This document shows positions 31,107 to 41,176 of a DNA stretch of 64,000 bases, in pieces; the first letter of the stretch is position 1, and each line of letters starts with the position of its first letter. The DNA is from Methylacidimicrobium fagopyrum. Lineage in GTDB: Bacteria; Verrucomicrobiota; Verrucomicrobiia; Limisphaerales; UBA11358. The position numbers and the translations under genes are program-made. The notes under the pieces were generated by a model. The model was not told the origin of the DNA. It did no database searches and worked only from the letters and a program-made list of their open reading frames with translations. The stretch spans positions 798 to 64,797 of the forward strand of contig JAMFSJ010000061.1 of assembly GCA_026225255.1 (NCBI GenBank), read 5' to 3'.

Positions 31107-31532
31107 TCAAATCCGTTTTTCATCCGCGTCAATGTAGTCCACGAACGATTTAATTTCCGTGCGATGCGTCAGCTGGGACTGTTCCATCCGCACTTGAAAC
31201 CGCCCTTGGGCGGCTCCGTCGTTCGCCAGCGGACGACCTAAAATATCACTCCAGTGCGCTGCCTTTTCTTGCGCCGTTTTTTTGACATGGGTATGAACCC
31301 AATCGCACACTTCGCCGTCGGTGATCGAATTTTTCACGACCTCAATCATCTGTGCGTGCGTCACGCCAGCGGCCTTAAGCCACATGCCGTCAAAACCTTT
31401 GCCGAAATTATCCATGTAATCGGCCGGCAACTTCCCGGCAAGATGCAGGCGGACCTTGTCCACGTAACGCGGCAGATAATTCCAACCGTCCATCGTCTCA
31501 CGCGCGCTGCGCGGGTAAATGATTTGGCTCAT
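31107..31532 (-). CDS. DUF5069-like protein
   Basis: PRSARETMDGWNYLPRYVDKVR...DYIDADEKR. Confidence 0.7.
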   Translation of the reverse strand: MSQIIYPRSARETMDGWNYLPRYVDKVRLHLAGKLPADYMDNFGKGFDGMWLKAAGVTHAQMIEVVKNSITDGEVCDWVHTHVKKTAQEKAAHWSDILGRPLANDGAAQGRFQVRMEQSQLTHRTEIKSFVDYIDADEKRI

Positions 31533-31619
31533 GGCGCAAAGATGAGCCGCCTTTGCGGGCGTGACAATGTAAAAGATCGAGCCGGTATTCGCGGCTCGAC
31601 GATTGGGCAATTAGCCACC

Positions 31620-32279
31620 TCAAAAGACGGGAGCCGGCTTCCGTCGCCGGATGAACAGCCAACTTAATCCGCCCAAACCCGCCAGCGCCAGCGTGGTTGG
31701 TTCGGGAACGGCGCTGGCGATGACAAAATTATCTAATCCTCCCGGACTTGTGCTGTTAAAGCGAATTTGGTCAATCCCTGAAAAATTCAGCGTTGCCATC
31801 TGTTCGTTATAGCCATTTATCGTGACCGAAGAAAACGCGGGGTTGATGGTGCTCACAAGGCTACCGTTGTTAAAACCGTAAAAGGTGTAGCTACCGGTGC
31901 CGCCATTTCGCTGAAGAAGATCGAACGAGACATCCACCGTGTTCGGAGTGGTGGTGGTGGGCACGGTGAAATTAATAGCCAGATTAGTGGTGTCGCCCGA
32001 GCCCGTATAGCCTTGGTTCATGCCGACCCAACTCCCGTAGAATCCGATGAGCTTCGGCCCATTTGAACCTTCCAGGCCCCAATTGCCCGAATCGCCGTTC
32101 GACATGCCATCAACCAGTATAAACGGATCAGCTCCGCCGACGCTGGTGGTGATAAAGCCCAGGTTAGTGTTGTTGATCAACGAATTTTCAAAGTTAACCA
32201 CGGATTGCGCCTGGAGGCTAAAGGACGCGCCCCACCCAACCGTGGCTCCAACGACTGCCAGTATTATTATCTTTTTCAT
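31620..32279 (-). CDS. PEP-CTERM sorting domain protein
   Basis: Signal peptide; VPEPTTLALAGLGGLSWLFIRRRK. Confidence 0.92.
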   Translation of the reverse strand: MKKIIILAVVGATVGWGASFSLQAQSVVNFENSLINNTNLGFITTSVGGADPFILVDGMSNGDSGNWGLEGSNGPKLIGFYGSWVGMNQGYTGSGDTTNLAINFTVPTTTTPNTVDVSFDLLQRNGGTGSYTFYGFNNGSLVSTINPAFSSVTINGYNEQMATLNFSGIDQIRFNSTSPGGLDNFVIASAVPEPTTLALAGLGGLSWLFIRRRKPAPVF

Positions 32280-32608
32280 GGTTATTAGTAATCGGTTATC
32301 GGTCACGACTGAATTAGCTCTTGGTATGCCACCAAAAAAGAAAACCACTTTCGGGAATGGCCCGCCTTAACGTAACTCGTTCAACATTTTGATTTTGCAA
32401 TTTCTAATTTTTATAAAATTAATTTTTTAGGCCCGCCAGTCTTGCCCGGCTCGCCTTGCTGCAGGACACATAGGGATTTTTTTGAGACACCGATTGGCCA
32501 ATGAAAGCGGATGAAAAATTGGTTGCAGGAACCTTCGCGCCAGCTAGCTAGTATACCACCTCGAAAGAGGGGGACGATTTTTTGAAAACATTCTGGCAAT
32601 CTCAACCA

Positions 32609-33892
32609 ATGACCAATGACATTCCGAATACCGCCCTGCCCCCAATCCAGCGCATCACTTCCATTGACGCCCTGCGCGGATTCGTGATGTTCATGATGAT
32701 TTTCGTAAACGATCTCGCCGGTGCGCCGGAGAAAATCGTGCCCAACTGGATGGTGCATTTCAGCGATCGGCATCACGGCGGCAGCGGCATGACATTTGTC
32801 GATCTGGTTTTCCCCGGGTTTCTTTTCATCGTCGGCATGTCCATTCCATTTGCGCTCGGGCCGCGTCTCGCGCGCGGCGAATCCGTCTGCAAAATTTTCC
32901 TCCACGTCGTCATCCGCACGATTTCACTGCTCGCCATCGGCATCCTGATGGTTCACGAAACGCCGGATTCAGATCAACTGGGCTGGCCCGGTCAACGCTG
33001 GTGTCTGATGATGTATCTCGCGGCAATTTTTGCGTTCTGTTCCGTCGCGCCTAGAAATTACGGAGCCAAAACTGAAACCAAAAAATGGAATCGCTGGACG
33101 ATTTCCAGCCTAGGTTTGCGCGTGATCGGTCTGCTCGCCATGGTCTGGCTGGCCCGCGTGTTTCGCGATGACAAAGGCCGCGCCATCCTCACGTTCGCGC
33201 CGTTTCATCTGGCCGTGGATTGGTATGGCATTCTCGGATTGATCGCCTGGGCGTATCTGGTGGCTGCGGTGGTTTATCTCATTTTTCGCAATCATCGCAC
33301 CGCCGTTTTGGGTTGCATGGTTTTATTGCTGGGCTTGTTCGCGGCGGATCGCAAAGGCTTGTTTGATAATTTCTGGCTGGCCAATTACGTCGGCATCGGC
33401 GAAATGCTCGGTTCGCTCGCGGCTATCTCCGTCGGCGGATTATTGCTGGGGTTGATGCTGAAGGCCGTTGACTTGACCTCCTTGAAAGCGCGCGCAACCT
33501 TCACGTTCTGGTTCGTCGCCGCGTGTGCCGCCGGTGCGATTTTGCTAAAACCACTTTATGGCATCAGCAAAAATAACGCGACGCCGCCGTGGTGTTTATG
33601 GTCGTGCGTCGTCACCGCGACCCTGTGGTTTTTGTTTTATCTGGTTTGCGACGTTCGTCCGGTCAAAATTATTTCCCGGCCGCTGGCGTTGGCCGGACAA
33701 AATGTCCTGTTGGCGTATCTGCTCTCGGAAATGTCGGTCTCGCTATTCGACGTGCTGCATATCAGCGATTGGTATGGCAGTTTGAGCGAGCCAAGCCTGG
33801 CCGCGGCGATTGCCCGTTCCGCCGCGTTCGGCGTGGTGGTTTTGCTCATCTCCACCGGCTTGAACCGGATCGGTTTCCGGCTGCGGTTGTAA
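32609..33892 (+). CDS. DUF5009 / HGSNAT-like membrane acetyltransferase
   Basis: RITSIDALRG, TFVDLVFPGFLFIVGMSI, ISKNNATP, GQN. Confidence 0.85.
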   Translation: MTNDIPNTALPPIQRITSIDALRGFVMFMMIFVNDLAGAPEKIVPNWMVHFSDRHHGGSGMTFVDLVFPGFLFIVGMSIPFALGPRLARGESVCKIFLHVVIRTISLLAIGILMVHETPDSDQLGWPGQRWCLMMYLAAIFAFCSVAPRNYGAKTETKKWNRWTISSLGLRVIGLLAMVWLARVFRDDKGRAILTFAPFHLAVDWYGILGLIAWAYLVAAVVYLIFRNHRTAVLGCMVLLLGLFAADRKGLFDNFWLANYVGIGEMLGSLAAISVGGLLLGLMLKAVDLTSLKARATFTFWFVAACAAGAILLKPLYGISKNNATPPWCLWSCVVTATLWFLFYLVCDVRPVKIISRPLALAGQNVLLAYLLSEMSVSLFDVLHISDWYGSLSEPSLAAAIARSAAFGVVVLLISTGLNRIGFRLRL

Positions 33893-33980
33893 CCAGAGTG
33901 CCGATCAAGAGATCTGCGCTCCAGTTGCTTTCCCAAAGAATTGCATTTGAAAAATGTCCATAACCAAGCATTTTTCATCC

Positions 33981-35375
33981 ATGCAACGATTTGATTTTGA
34001 CGTGGCGATCATCGGCGGCGGCAGCGGCGGTTACGCGGCGGCGCGGACGGCGACCAATGCCGGCTTGAAAACCGTCGTCATCGAAGGCGGCCAGGAAATC
34101 GGCGGCCTCTGCATCTTGCGCGGTTGCATGCCGACAAAGGCGTTGCTCTACGCGGCGGAAGTCAAACATCTGGCCGAACATGCGGAAACGTGGGGGGTGC
34201 GGGCGGGCAAAGTCGGCTTCAATTTGGCGCGCGTCATGGCGCGAAAATCCGCGCAGATCAAGGATTTTGCCGACCATCGCGCGCACCAACTCAGTAACGG
34301 CAAATTCAAATTCATCCGCGCCAACGCAACCTTTCTCGATCAACATACGGTTGAATTGAGCGATGGAAAAAAGCTCACCGCCCGCAATTTCGTCATCGCC
34401 ACCGGTTCCAGCGTCGCGCCTTCGCCCTTGCCGTCGTTGGTTGAAGTCGGCTATTGGACGAGCGATGACGCGATCGCATTTAAAAAATTACCGAAGTCGC
34501 TCATCATTTTGGGCGGCGGCGCGATCGCGTGTGAGTTCGCGCAATTCTTCGCCCGTTTCGATGTCAAAGTCACTTTGATCCAACGGGGCGCCCATTTGCT
34601 GAAAGAATCCGATGCTGACACCGGCGCGGTGATCGGGAATGTTTTCACGCGTGAAGGCGTAAAAGTTTTCACGAACACCAAACTGGTTGGTGCCAAACGC
34701 AGCGGAAAATTGAAAACCATTTTGTTTGCGCACAATGGAAAAACTGTTTCCGTTTCCGCCGAGGAAATTTTATTTGCGCTGGGTCGCGTGCCCAATACGG
34801 CGTCTCTGGCTTTGGATAAAGCGGGCGTTAAAACGGAGGATAGCCGCATCGTCACCAACGCCAAAATGCAGACGAGTGCGCCGCATATTTTTGCGGCGGG
34901 TGATTGCACGAGTCCGCACGAGATCGTCCATCTGGCCGTGACGCAAGGCGAAGTGGCGGGACACAATATCGTGAAGCCGAAGTCGCCGCGCAAAATGGAT
35001 TATCGTTTGTTGATCTCCGTGGTGTTCACTGAACCGCAAGTGGCGACTGTTGGCCTCACGGAAAAAGAAGCGACGGCGCGCGGCATAAAATTTCTCACCG
35101 CCAGTTATCCGTTCAACGACCACGGCAAATCATTATTGATGGAAGCGAAGGATGGTTTTGTGAAATTACTCGCGCATCCGAAGTCGGGCGAGATTCTTGG
35201 CGGCGCGTGCACCGGGCCAAGTGGGGGCGAACTCATCCACGAAATCGTCGCGGCGATGGCGAAGCGCATGACCGTGCACGAACTCGCTGCGATGCCGCAT
35301 TATCATCCCACACTGGCGGAAATCTGGACGTATCCGGCGGAGGAATTAGCGGAAAAGATCCCGCTCAAAAAATAA
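33981..35375 (+). CDS. Dihydrolipoamide dehydrogenase-family flavoprotein disulfide reductase
   Basis: GGGSGG, GGLCILRGCMPTK, HPTLAE. Confidence 0.88.
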   Translation: MQRFDFDVAIIGGGSGGYAAARTATNAGLKTVVIEGGQEIGGLCILRGCMPTKALLYAAEVKHLAEHAETWGVRAGKVGFNLARVMARKSAQIKDFADHRAHQLSNGKFKFIRANATFLDQHTVELSDGKKLTARNFVIATGSSVAPSPLPSLVEVGYWTSDDAIAFKKLPKSLIILGGGAIACEFAQFFARFDVKVTLIQRGAHLLKESDADTGAVIGNVFTREGVKVFTNTKLVGAKRSGKLKTILFAHNGKTVSVSAEEILFALGRVPNTASLALDKAGVKTEDSRIVTNAKMQTSAPHIFAAGDCTSPHEIVHLAVTQGEVAGHNIVKPKSPRKMDYRLLISVVFTEPQVATVGLTEKEATARGIKFLTASYPFNDHGKSLLMEAKDGFVKLLAHPKSGEILGGACTGPSGGELIHEIVAAMAKRMTVHELAAMPHYHPTLAEIWTYPAEELAEKIPLKK

Positions 35376-35381
35376 GTTGGA

Positions 35382-36254
35382 TTATTTCAGAAATGTATCA
35401 ACCTGCGCCGCAAATTTTTCCGGCTGGTCGAGCATGATGAAGTGAAATGAATCTTCAATGCAGACCAACGTTTTATTGGGCAGCGACGCAAAATTCTCCT
35501 GATACAGCTTGTCCGTGGCGGCGTGCGGAAATCCAGAGGAAGCAGCCCACGGATAAAGCACGGTCACCGGCATTTTAATTTTGGGCAACTCGGGGCGGAG
35601 GTCCGTCGTCATGTCTTCATACAGGGCGCGGGCGACCACGGATTTATCCGACGCGATCGCCCAGCCAATGGCGACCTTCCGGCCGTCCGGTGATTTGACG
35701 AGGCTGGGGAGAAACTGTCTTTCGTCCTGCACGTAGGCTTCCTGAGTTTCCGTGAGCATGTAATCCCGCATCGCCGCCGCTTGCGGCTGGGCGGCAGTGG
35801 CATCCTTTGCGCCCGTCAACACGCCGAAAAATGGTAGCGAATCCACCACCAGTAACTTGCCAACGTCTTCGGGATGCTGCACCGCCAGCAGCATGCCCGC
35901 CAGTCCACCCAGCGAATGACCAATAATCTTCGGCGCCTTAAGCTGGTTGGTCTTGATATAAAGATCAATGGCGTCCACGGTCAGCTGCAAAACTGCGCCT
36001 TGGACGTTCGCGCGGGCGGGCGAACCGGCGAATCCAGCCACTTGGATGAGGTGCAGGCGATAATGATTTTCTAATTGTTTCGCGGTCGCGTCCCACACGG
36101 CACTCGAACAGGTCAGTCCGGGAATCAGCAGCACGTCCGGGCCTTTTCCGCGAACTGTCACCGTGATTCGCTCGCCCCCGGAATCGGCAAAGGTGACCCC
36201 AAGTTGCAACGCCAGGATCGTTAGTAACAAAGTTTTTAGTTTTAAATTATTCAT
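35382..36254 (-). CDS. Secreted alpha/beta hydrolase
   Basis: Signal peptide, GHSLGG nucleophile elbow, HFIMLDQP. Confidence 0.9.
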   Translation of the reverse strand: MNNLKLKTLLLTILALQLGVTFADSGGERITVTVRGKGPDVLLIPGLTCSSAVWDATAKQLENHYRLHLIQVAGFAGSPARANVQGAVLQLTVDAIDLYIKTNQLKAPKIIGHSLGGLAGMLLAVQHPEDVGKLLVVDSLPFFGVLTGAKDATAAQPQAAAMRDYMLTETQEAYVQDERQFLPSLVKSPDGRKVAIGWAIASDKSVVARALYEDMTTDLRPELPKIKMPVTVLYPWAASSGFPHAATDKLYQENFASLPNKTLVCIEDSFHFIMLDQPEKFAAQVDTFLK

Positions 36255-37917
36255 GGGATGATGGTTTTAGTTTTGTTGCGCGCCGCTCCATTTTACGCCG
36301 CCACCAGATGAAGATCATCGTCTGCATGGCCAATGGTCCGAAGCAAAGCAACCAGAACAAACGGCGTGGACCGGCCTGCGTAAAGTCGAGCCAGCGGTAA
36401 TGCCGGAAAAATTCCCGGGCGACCGCATCGTTGACATGATTTCCCTGCGCCGCGCCGCCGCAAGCCAGTTCGTGCGCGGCGACAATGCCGCCCAGCGCCG
36501 CGTGCCAGCCGAGCGCCATCCCGCCGGACGCAACCACCCCAACCGCACCGCCACCCAGCGCCAAGATGCCGAACGCAAAACCACCGAAAGCCAGCAGTCC
36601 GATGCTCAAGCCGCCAAACGAAAGAATTCCGATGCTTAGTCCGCCCGTGCTGATGCCGCCCACCGCAATGCCGCCGCTCGCATATAAAATTCCATACGCC
36701 CGCTCGCCATACGCGATCCAACCGATGGCCGGTTTAATTTTTTCTCCCGAACGCCGCACTTTGCCAAAGGAACGAAAATGCACCAGCGGCAGACCCAACA
36801 GCGTTGCCCGGCTGCGGTATTCATAATTTTCAAGCAGCGGCTTGGTCAGAAACAATTCCGGATGACTCTGCTGTTCTTCCGCGCGCAGCCGCGTCATCGT
36901 TTGGTGATGCCACCAGGTAAACCCGAAAGCAAAAATGACCCAGGACAATCCCGTTGCCCAAACTAGCGCCAGAACGAAAACCGGATGATGATCCCACAAT
37001 CGGGGAGCGATAAAACCGGCCAGCAGCGAGCAGGCTACAAAAAATAAAATTCCGCCGGCCGTAATGATCAGCCCAAAACGTTTAACCAAAGTGCGCTCGC
37101 GTGGCGTCCGGGTATTTTTAAGACCTTCGCGCCAACCCAAGAAGCCAAACAAAAAACCCAGGGCCGGACCGCTCAAAAAGCCCAACATGACGGAGCCGAA
37201 ACTTGTCCCCGTTGCCAGCGCGCCGCCTTTTGCGGCGGCCGCGACGGTCGCCGCCTTCGCGGAAGTTGCGAGCGTGATCGGTAACGCCGCCAGCACGCCG
37301 AACGTGAACGCCTGACCGGGACTCGTCCGCGCTAACGCGCCTTCGACGAACGCCAAAACTTCCCCGTGCAATAATTTGCGTCCGCGTGAAAGCCTTTGTT
37401 TTACGGCATCTTCGGTGAGTTCCAGATTTTGCGCGACGGTTTCGATGGATTGATGTTCGCGATAAAACATCACGAGCGGCTCGCGATAAAGTTCGGGAAT
37501 TTTTTCAAGTGAACGCCACAGGATCGCGGCTTCTTCGTTACTAATAGTTTGGTCCACGGGCAACGGTTCGGGCGAGTGCGATTCGGCAAGTTCTTCGAGC
37601 GGTTCGCCGCGATGGCTCGGTTCGCGGCCTTGTTCGCGCAGCGCATCGTAGATGAGATTGCGTGAAATCCGGCAGAGCCACGGCCGCAATTTTTCCGGCT
37701 CGCGCAGCGTCGGCAATTGTTTCCACGCGGCGACAAAGGTTTCCTGCGCCAGATCTTCGCTCTGGCTCAAACTGCCCGTCGCGCTATAAGCCAGCGAGCA
37801 GATGAGCGATTGATAGCGCGCGACGATCTGTCCGAAGGCATCGCGATTGCCGGACAAACTTTGGCCGACTAGGTCAGCGTCATTGACGGCGGCGGCAGAC
37901 ATGGCGGTGATCATCAT
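36247..37917 (-). CDS. ECF sigma factor fused to a multi-TM, Gly-rich C-terminal domain (paralog 1)
   Basis: SEDLAQETFVAAW, WLCRISRN, VKQRLSRGRKLL; then TM helices and YEYRSRATLLGLPLVH + GG repeats. Confidence 0.88.
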   Translation of the reverse strand: MMITAMSAAAVNDADLVGQSLSGNRDAFGQIVARYQSLICSLAYSATGSLSQSEDLAQETFVAAWKQLPTLREPEKLRPWLCRISRNLIYDALREQGREPSHRGEPLEELAESHSPEPLPVDQTISNEEAAILWRSLEKIPELYREPLVMFYREHQSIETVAQNLELTEDAVKQRLSRGRKLLHGEVLAFVEGALARTSPGQAFTFGVLAALPITLATSAKAATVAAAAKGGALATGTSFGSVMLGFLSGPALGFLFGFLGWREGLKNTRTPRERTLVKRFGLIITAGGILFFVACSLLAGFIAPRLWDHHPVFVLALVWATGLSWVIFAFGFTWWHHQTMTRLRAEEQQSHPELFLTKPLLENYEYRSRATLLGLPLVHFRSFGKVRRSGEKIKPAIGWIAYGERAYGILYASGGIAVGGISTGGLSIGILSFGGLSIGLLAFGGFAFGILALGGGAVGVVASGGMALGWHAALGGIVAAHELACGGAAQGNHVNDAVAREFFRHYRWLDFTQAGPRRLFWLLCFGPLAMQTMIFIWWRRKMERRATKLKPSSHE

Positions 37918-37926
37918 AATACCGCA

Positions 37927-37956
37927 TAAGTCTGAAAACAAAGCTTCGAGGTGACA
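37927..37956 (-). promoter_or_regulatory. Putative ECF promoter TGTCAC-N19-ACTTA
   Basis: Same motif, spacing and distance to ATG as 40509-40538. Confidence 0.7.
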
Positions 37957-37981
37957 GCCGATGACACATTATTTGCAATGC

Positions 37982-38010
37982 TGTAGTGGCGGTCATAGAC
38001 GGCCACTACA
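37982..38010. repeat. REP-like hairpin / possible terminator
   Basis: TGTAGTGGC...GCCACTACA. Confidence 0.55.
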
Positions 38011-38023
38011 AATCACAACGATT

Positions 38024-38839
38024 TTACCGGCCACCGATTTTTCCTTGCAGTGCCGTATCGTTCGGAAATTTTTGCAGGCCGATCTGCCAGGTGGCCTGGG
38101 CTTTATCCAGTTGACCGAGTTTTTGATATTCATTGCCGAGCACGAAATATGTTTGTGCAAATTGCGGCTGCGACGCCATTGTTTCCTGTTGATCAATGAG
38201 CCCGGACAAGCGTTGAATCACATCATTATCGCGCGTGGGATCGGCGGGCCAGTAATACATTGAACTGGCTTTGACGAAATTTGCCTCCCAGTTTTGCGGG
38301 TCAATTTTTAACGCCGCATTAAAACTCTGATCGGCCTGCATTGCGAGAATACCCACCTCGTTTACGTCGGCTCCAGCATCATAGAGCGCCTTCACTTTAT
38401 TGAGCTGCGCCTCGCCGAGGGTGGTGGGAATTTCCGGATTCGTCGGATTATCCAAAGCCCGTTGTTTCAATTCCGCCATGACCTGATCCAACTGACCGGA
38501 CTTGAGAAGGGCTTGAAATAGCTCGTGTTTTTCTTTGGCGCTTTTGGCGGACAACAAGGCATCAACGGCTTTGTGAATAGGATTAGCGGAATCATCTGGT
38601 TTCGCCTCGGGCGGCGCGGCGGCAATTGACACGGGTGCCGGCGGGTTCGGGTTCGTTGAAACCGTTGTTTGTGATTCCGGTTTGGCGGTGGTGTTCGCCG
38701 CCGCCGATTCCATTGGCTTCGTTGGTGATTCAGCAACTGGCGTGGGAGCGGCGGCTATTTTTTGGCGGTCCAAATAGACGATCATACCCACGGTTACGGT
38801 GACGCAGATAATGACCAGGGCGACGATAAATGATTTCAT
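38024..38839 (-). CDS. Membrane-anchored TPR protein
   Basis: N-terminal TM, Pro/Thr linker, TPR-like helices. Confidence 0.8.
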   Translation of the reverse strand: MKSFIVALVIICVTVTVGMIVYLDRQKIAAAPTPVAESPTKPMESAAANTTAKPESQTTVSTNPNPPAPVSIAAAPPEAKPDDSANPIHKAVDALLSAKSAKEKHELFQALLKSGQLDQVMAELKQRALDNPTNPEIPTTLGEAQLNKVKALYDAGADVNEVGILAMQADQSFNAALKIDPQNWEANFVKASSMYYWPADPTRDNDVIQRLSGLIDQQETMASQPQFAQTYFVLGNEYQKLGQLDKAQATWQIGLQKFPNDTALQGKIGGR

Positions 38840-38873
38840 AAGGCTCCAATTTCAACAGTATTTATAAAGTGAT

Positions 38874-40499
38874 TCAGGGGGTTTGGTTTTGCTTGGCGTG
38901 ACTGCGTTGGGTGATTTGCCAGAACGCAACCATCGGCAACGCCCAGATTAAATTCATGAAAAAAGAATGCCGTCCGTAAAATTCCGCCCACTGGAAGAAC
39001 CAGTTGCTTTTAATGAATTGCATAGCCATGTCATTGTTTGCCTGCAATGCATGGGCGATGCCGCCGCTGGCGAACTGTTGCGCGAGCGCGATGCCGCCGT
39101 TCGCCGCGTTCCAAGCGAGCGCACAACCACCGCACGCCTGCCAGCCTACGGCCAGCCCGCCAAGCGACCAGATGCCGAACGCGAATCCTCCCAAGGCGAA
39201 AATACCGAGTGTCACCGCGCCAAACGGACATAAGCCGATGGCGATGCCGCCAATGCTGACCGGCGCAATGGCGACGCCGCCGAAGGCGAAAAGGCCGCCG
39301 TAAGCCCGTTCGCCCACGGCAATCCAGGCCTTTACGGGGTTTTTCAAGATCGCAAACCGGTCGCCGATGCGGACATGGACGAGCGGCAGTCCAAGAAAAC
39401 TGGCATGGCTGCGAAATTCCCAGGCGGGCTTCAAAAATGCGGCGGAGTCATCTTTCGCCAAAATATCCGCCAGAAATTTTTTTCGTTCCCCAGAATAAAC
39501 GGCGGCAAAAATAAAGACCACGGCGACATAAGTCAGGATGAAGCCGGTGACCAGCAAGGTGAGTTGAACGTTGAAACTTTGGTGCTGTAAAAACCAGAGA
39601 ACGGTGGCGGCAAATAACGTGAAAATCACGGCGGCGCAGAGCACGATCTTTTTATAGAACGCTTTGATGTAGTGACGTTCCACGTCCGATTGCGCTTCGG
39701 CGAGGTTCATCCGGTAGCCGGCGTAGTTGCCAAAAATGATCAGCAGCGGGCCGGAAAGCAGACTGAGGACACCGACCACGGTGGCGGTTTTGGCCATTGC
39801 GCCACCTTTCGCAGCGGCGGCCCCAATCGACGCCGCCTTGGCGGAAGTGGCGAGCGTAGCGGGCAAGGCGGCCAGCACGGCGACCGTGAATATTTTTCCG
39901 GGATTCGTGCGTTCAAGGGCGCCTTCGACGAACGCCAGAACTTCTTCCTGCAGCAATTTTCTGCCGCGGGAAAGGCGTTGTTTTACGGCGTCCTCGGTGA
40001 GTTCCAGATTTTGCGCGACGGTCTCGATGGATTGATGTTCGCGGTAAAACAGCACGAGCGGTTCGCGATATACTACGGGAATTTTTTCGAGCGAACGCCA
40101 GAGGATGGCCGCTTCTTCGTTGCTGATGGTTTGGTCCACGGGCAACGGTTCGGGGGAACGGGATTCAGCAATATTTTCCAACGGCTCGGCTTCGCGGATC
40201 GGTTCGCGGCCTTCGCGGCGGAGAAAATTATTGATGCGATTGCGCGCAATGCCGCAGAGCCAGGCGCGGAGTTTATGATGTTCGCGCAAGTGACGCAGAT
40301 GTTTCCACGCGGTGATAAAAGTTTCCTGCGCGAGGTCTTCGCTCTGACCGAGGCTGCCGGTCGCGCTGTAGGCGAGCGAACAGATGAGCGACTGATAGCG
40401 CGTGACGATCTGGCTGAACGCATCGCGATTGCCCGCGAGGGTTCCGCTGACGAGTTCCGCATCGTTGTTCACCGCAACCGGCATCATGGTATTTATCAT
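38874..40499 (-). CDS. ECF sigma factor fused to a multi-TM, Gly-rich C-terminal domain (paralog 2)
   Basis: Sigma core highly similar to 36247-37917; WEFRSHASFLGLPLVH + GG repeats. Confidence 0.88.
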   Translation of the reverse strand: MINTMMPVAVNNDAELVSGTLAGNRDAFSQIVTRYQSLICSLAYSATGSLGQSEDLAQETFITAWKHLRHLREHHKLRAWLCGIARNRINNFLRREGREPIREAEPLENIAESRSPEPLPVDQTISNEEAAILWRSLEKIPVVYREPLVLFYREHQSIETVAQNLELTEDAVKQRLSRGRKLLQEEVLAFVEGALERTNPGKIFTVAVLAALPATLATSAKAASIGAAAAKGGAMAKTATVVGVLSLLSGPLLIIFGNYAGYRMNLAEAQSDVERHYIKAFYKKIVLCAAVIFTLFAATVLWFLQHQSFNVQLTLLVTGFILTYVAVVFIFAAVYSGERKKFLADILAKDDSAAFLKPAWEFRSHASFLGLPLVHVRIGDRFAILKNPVKAWIAVGERAYGGLFAFGGVAIAPVSIGGIAIGLCPFGAVTLGIFALGGFAFGIWSLGGLAVGWQACGGCALAWNAANGGIALAQQFASGGIAHALQANNDMAMQFIKSNWFFQWAEFYGRHSFFMNLIWALPMVAFWQITQRSHAKQNQTP

Positions 40500-40508
40500 A
40501 ACGTCGCT

Positions 40509-40538
40509 TAAGTGGTAGGAAAGCGCGAAGAGGTGACA
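40509..40538 (-). promoter_or_regulatory. Putative ECF promoter TGTCAC-N19-ACTTA
   Basis: Reverse complement TGTCACctcttcgcgctttcctaccACTTA. Confidence 0.7.
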
Positions 40539-40634
40539 AAGAAAATGACGCCGGACGGATTATTTTACGGTCCGCTTTTAGCGGCCGTTAAAACAGCAGT
40601 TGAATTTGCCGCGCCAAAAAATTATCGTCCCGCC

Positions 40635-41138
40635 ATGCGCGCGTTTTTGATGATGATCCTTTTGCTTGGTTCGCTTGGCTCCGTTTTCGGGGCCGAGCCG
40701 ACGACCAGCACCAACGACGTCAAAGCCGTTTCCGCTGCGAAGACCGGGCGCATCCTCAAACTGCTGCCGTTTTTACTCGATCAACACGGACAAGATTCCA
40801 CGTCGCCGAGTTTATTTGACCGCGATGCGTATCAAGCCCAACTGCGGGCGCGGATCAAACTGACCAACGAAGTTTCCGGCATCCGTTTTGACGTGCAATG
40901 GAAAGCGGCCCGAACCACTCAATTAAAAATTCGGGTCGAGGCGCGCGGCGTCGTGGCAGACGGCACGCCCAAGATAAAAACGTTTGAGGCCGAGGGCACC
41001 GCCGGATTTTTCAGTCAATGGACAAAATTCACGCTCACGGGCGATGATTACAAAAAATTTGGTTCCCTGGTGGCTTGGCACGCGACGCTTTGGAACGGCA
41101 ACCAACTGGTCAGCGAACAAAAATCTTTTTTGTGGTGA
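40635..41138 (+). CDS. Exported hypothetical protein
   Basis: Signal peptide, core-like codon usage, ends EQKSFLW. Confidence 0.75.
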   Translation: MRAFLMMILLLGSLGSVFGAEPTTSTNDVKAVSAAKTGRILKLLPFLLDQHGQDSTSPSLFDRDAYQAQLRARIKLTNEVSGIRFDVQWKAARTTQLKIRVEARGVVADGTPKIKTFEAEGTAGFFSQWTKFTLTGDDYKKFGSLVAWHATLWNGNQLVSEQKSFLW

Positions 41139-41176
41139 GTCAAGTTTGCTTGAACCACAAAACGTAACGGCACGGC

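Noticed and set aside
33981-35375. Mercuric reductase MerA
   Set aside because: No C-terminal Cys pair, no mer operon, and it has the HPTLAE motif of lipoamide dehydrogenase-like enzymes.
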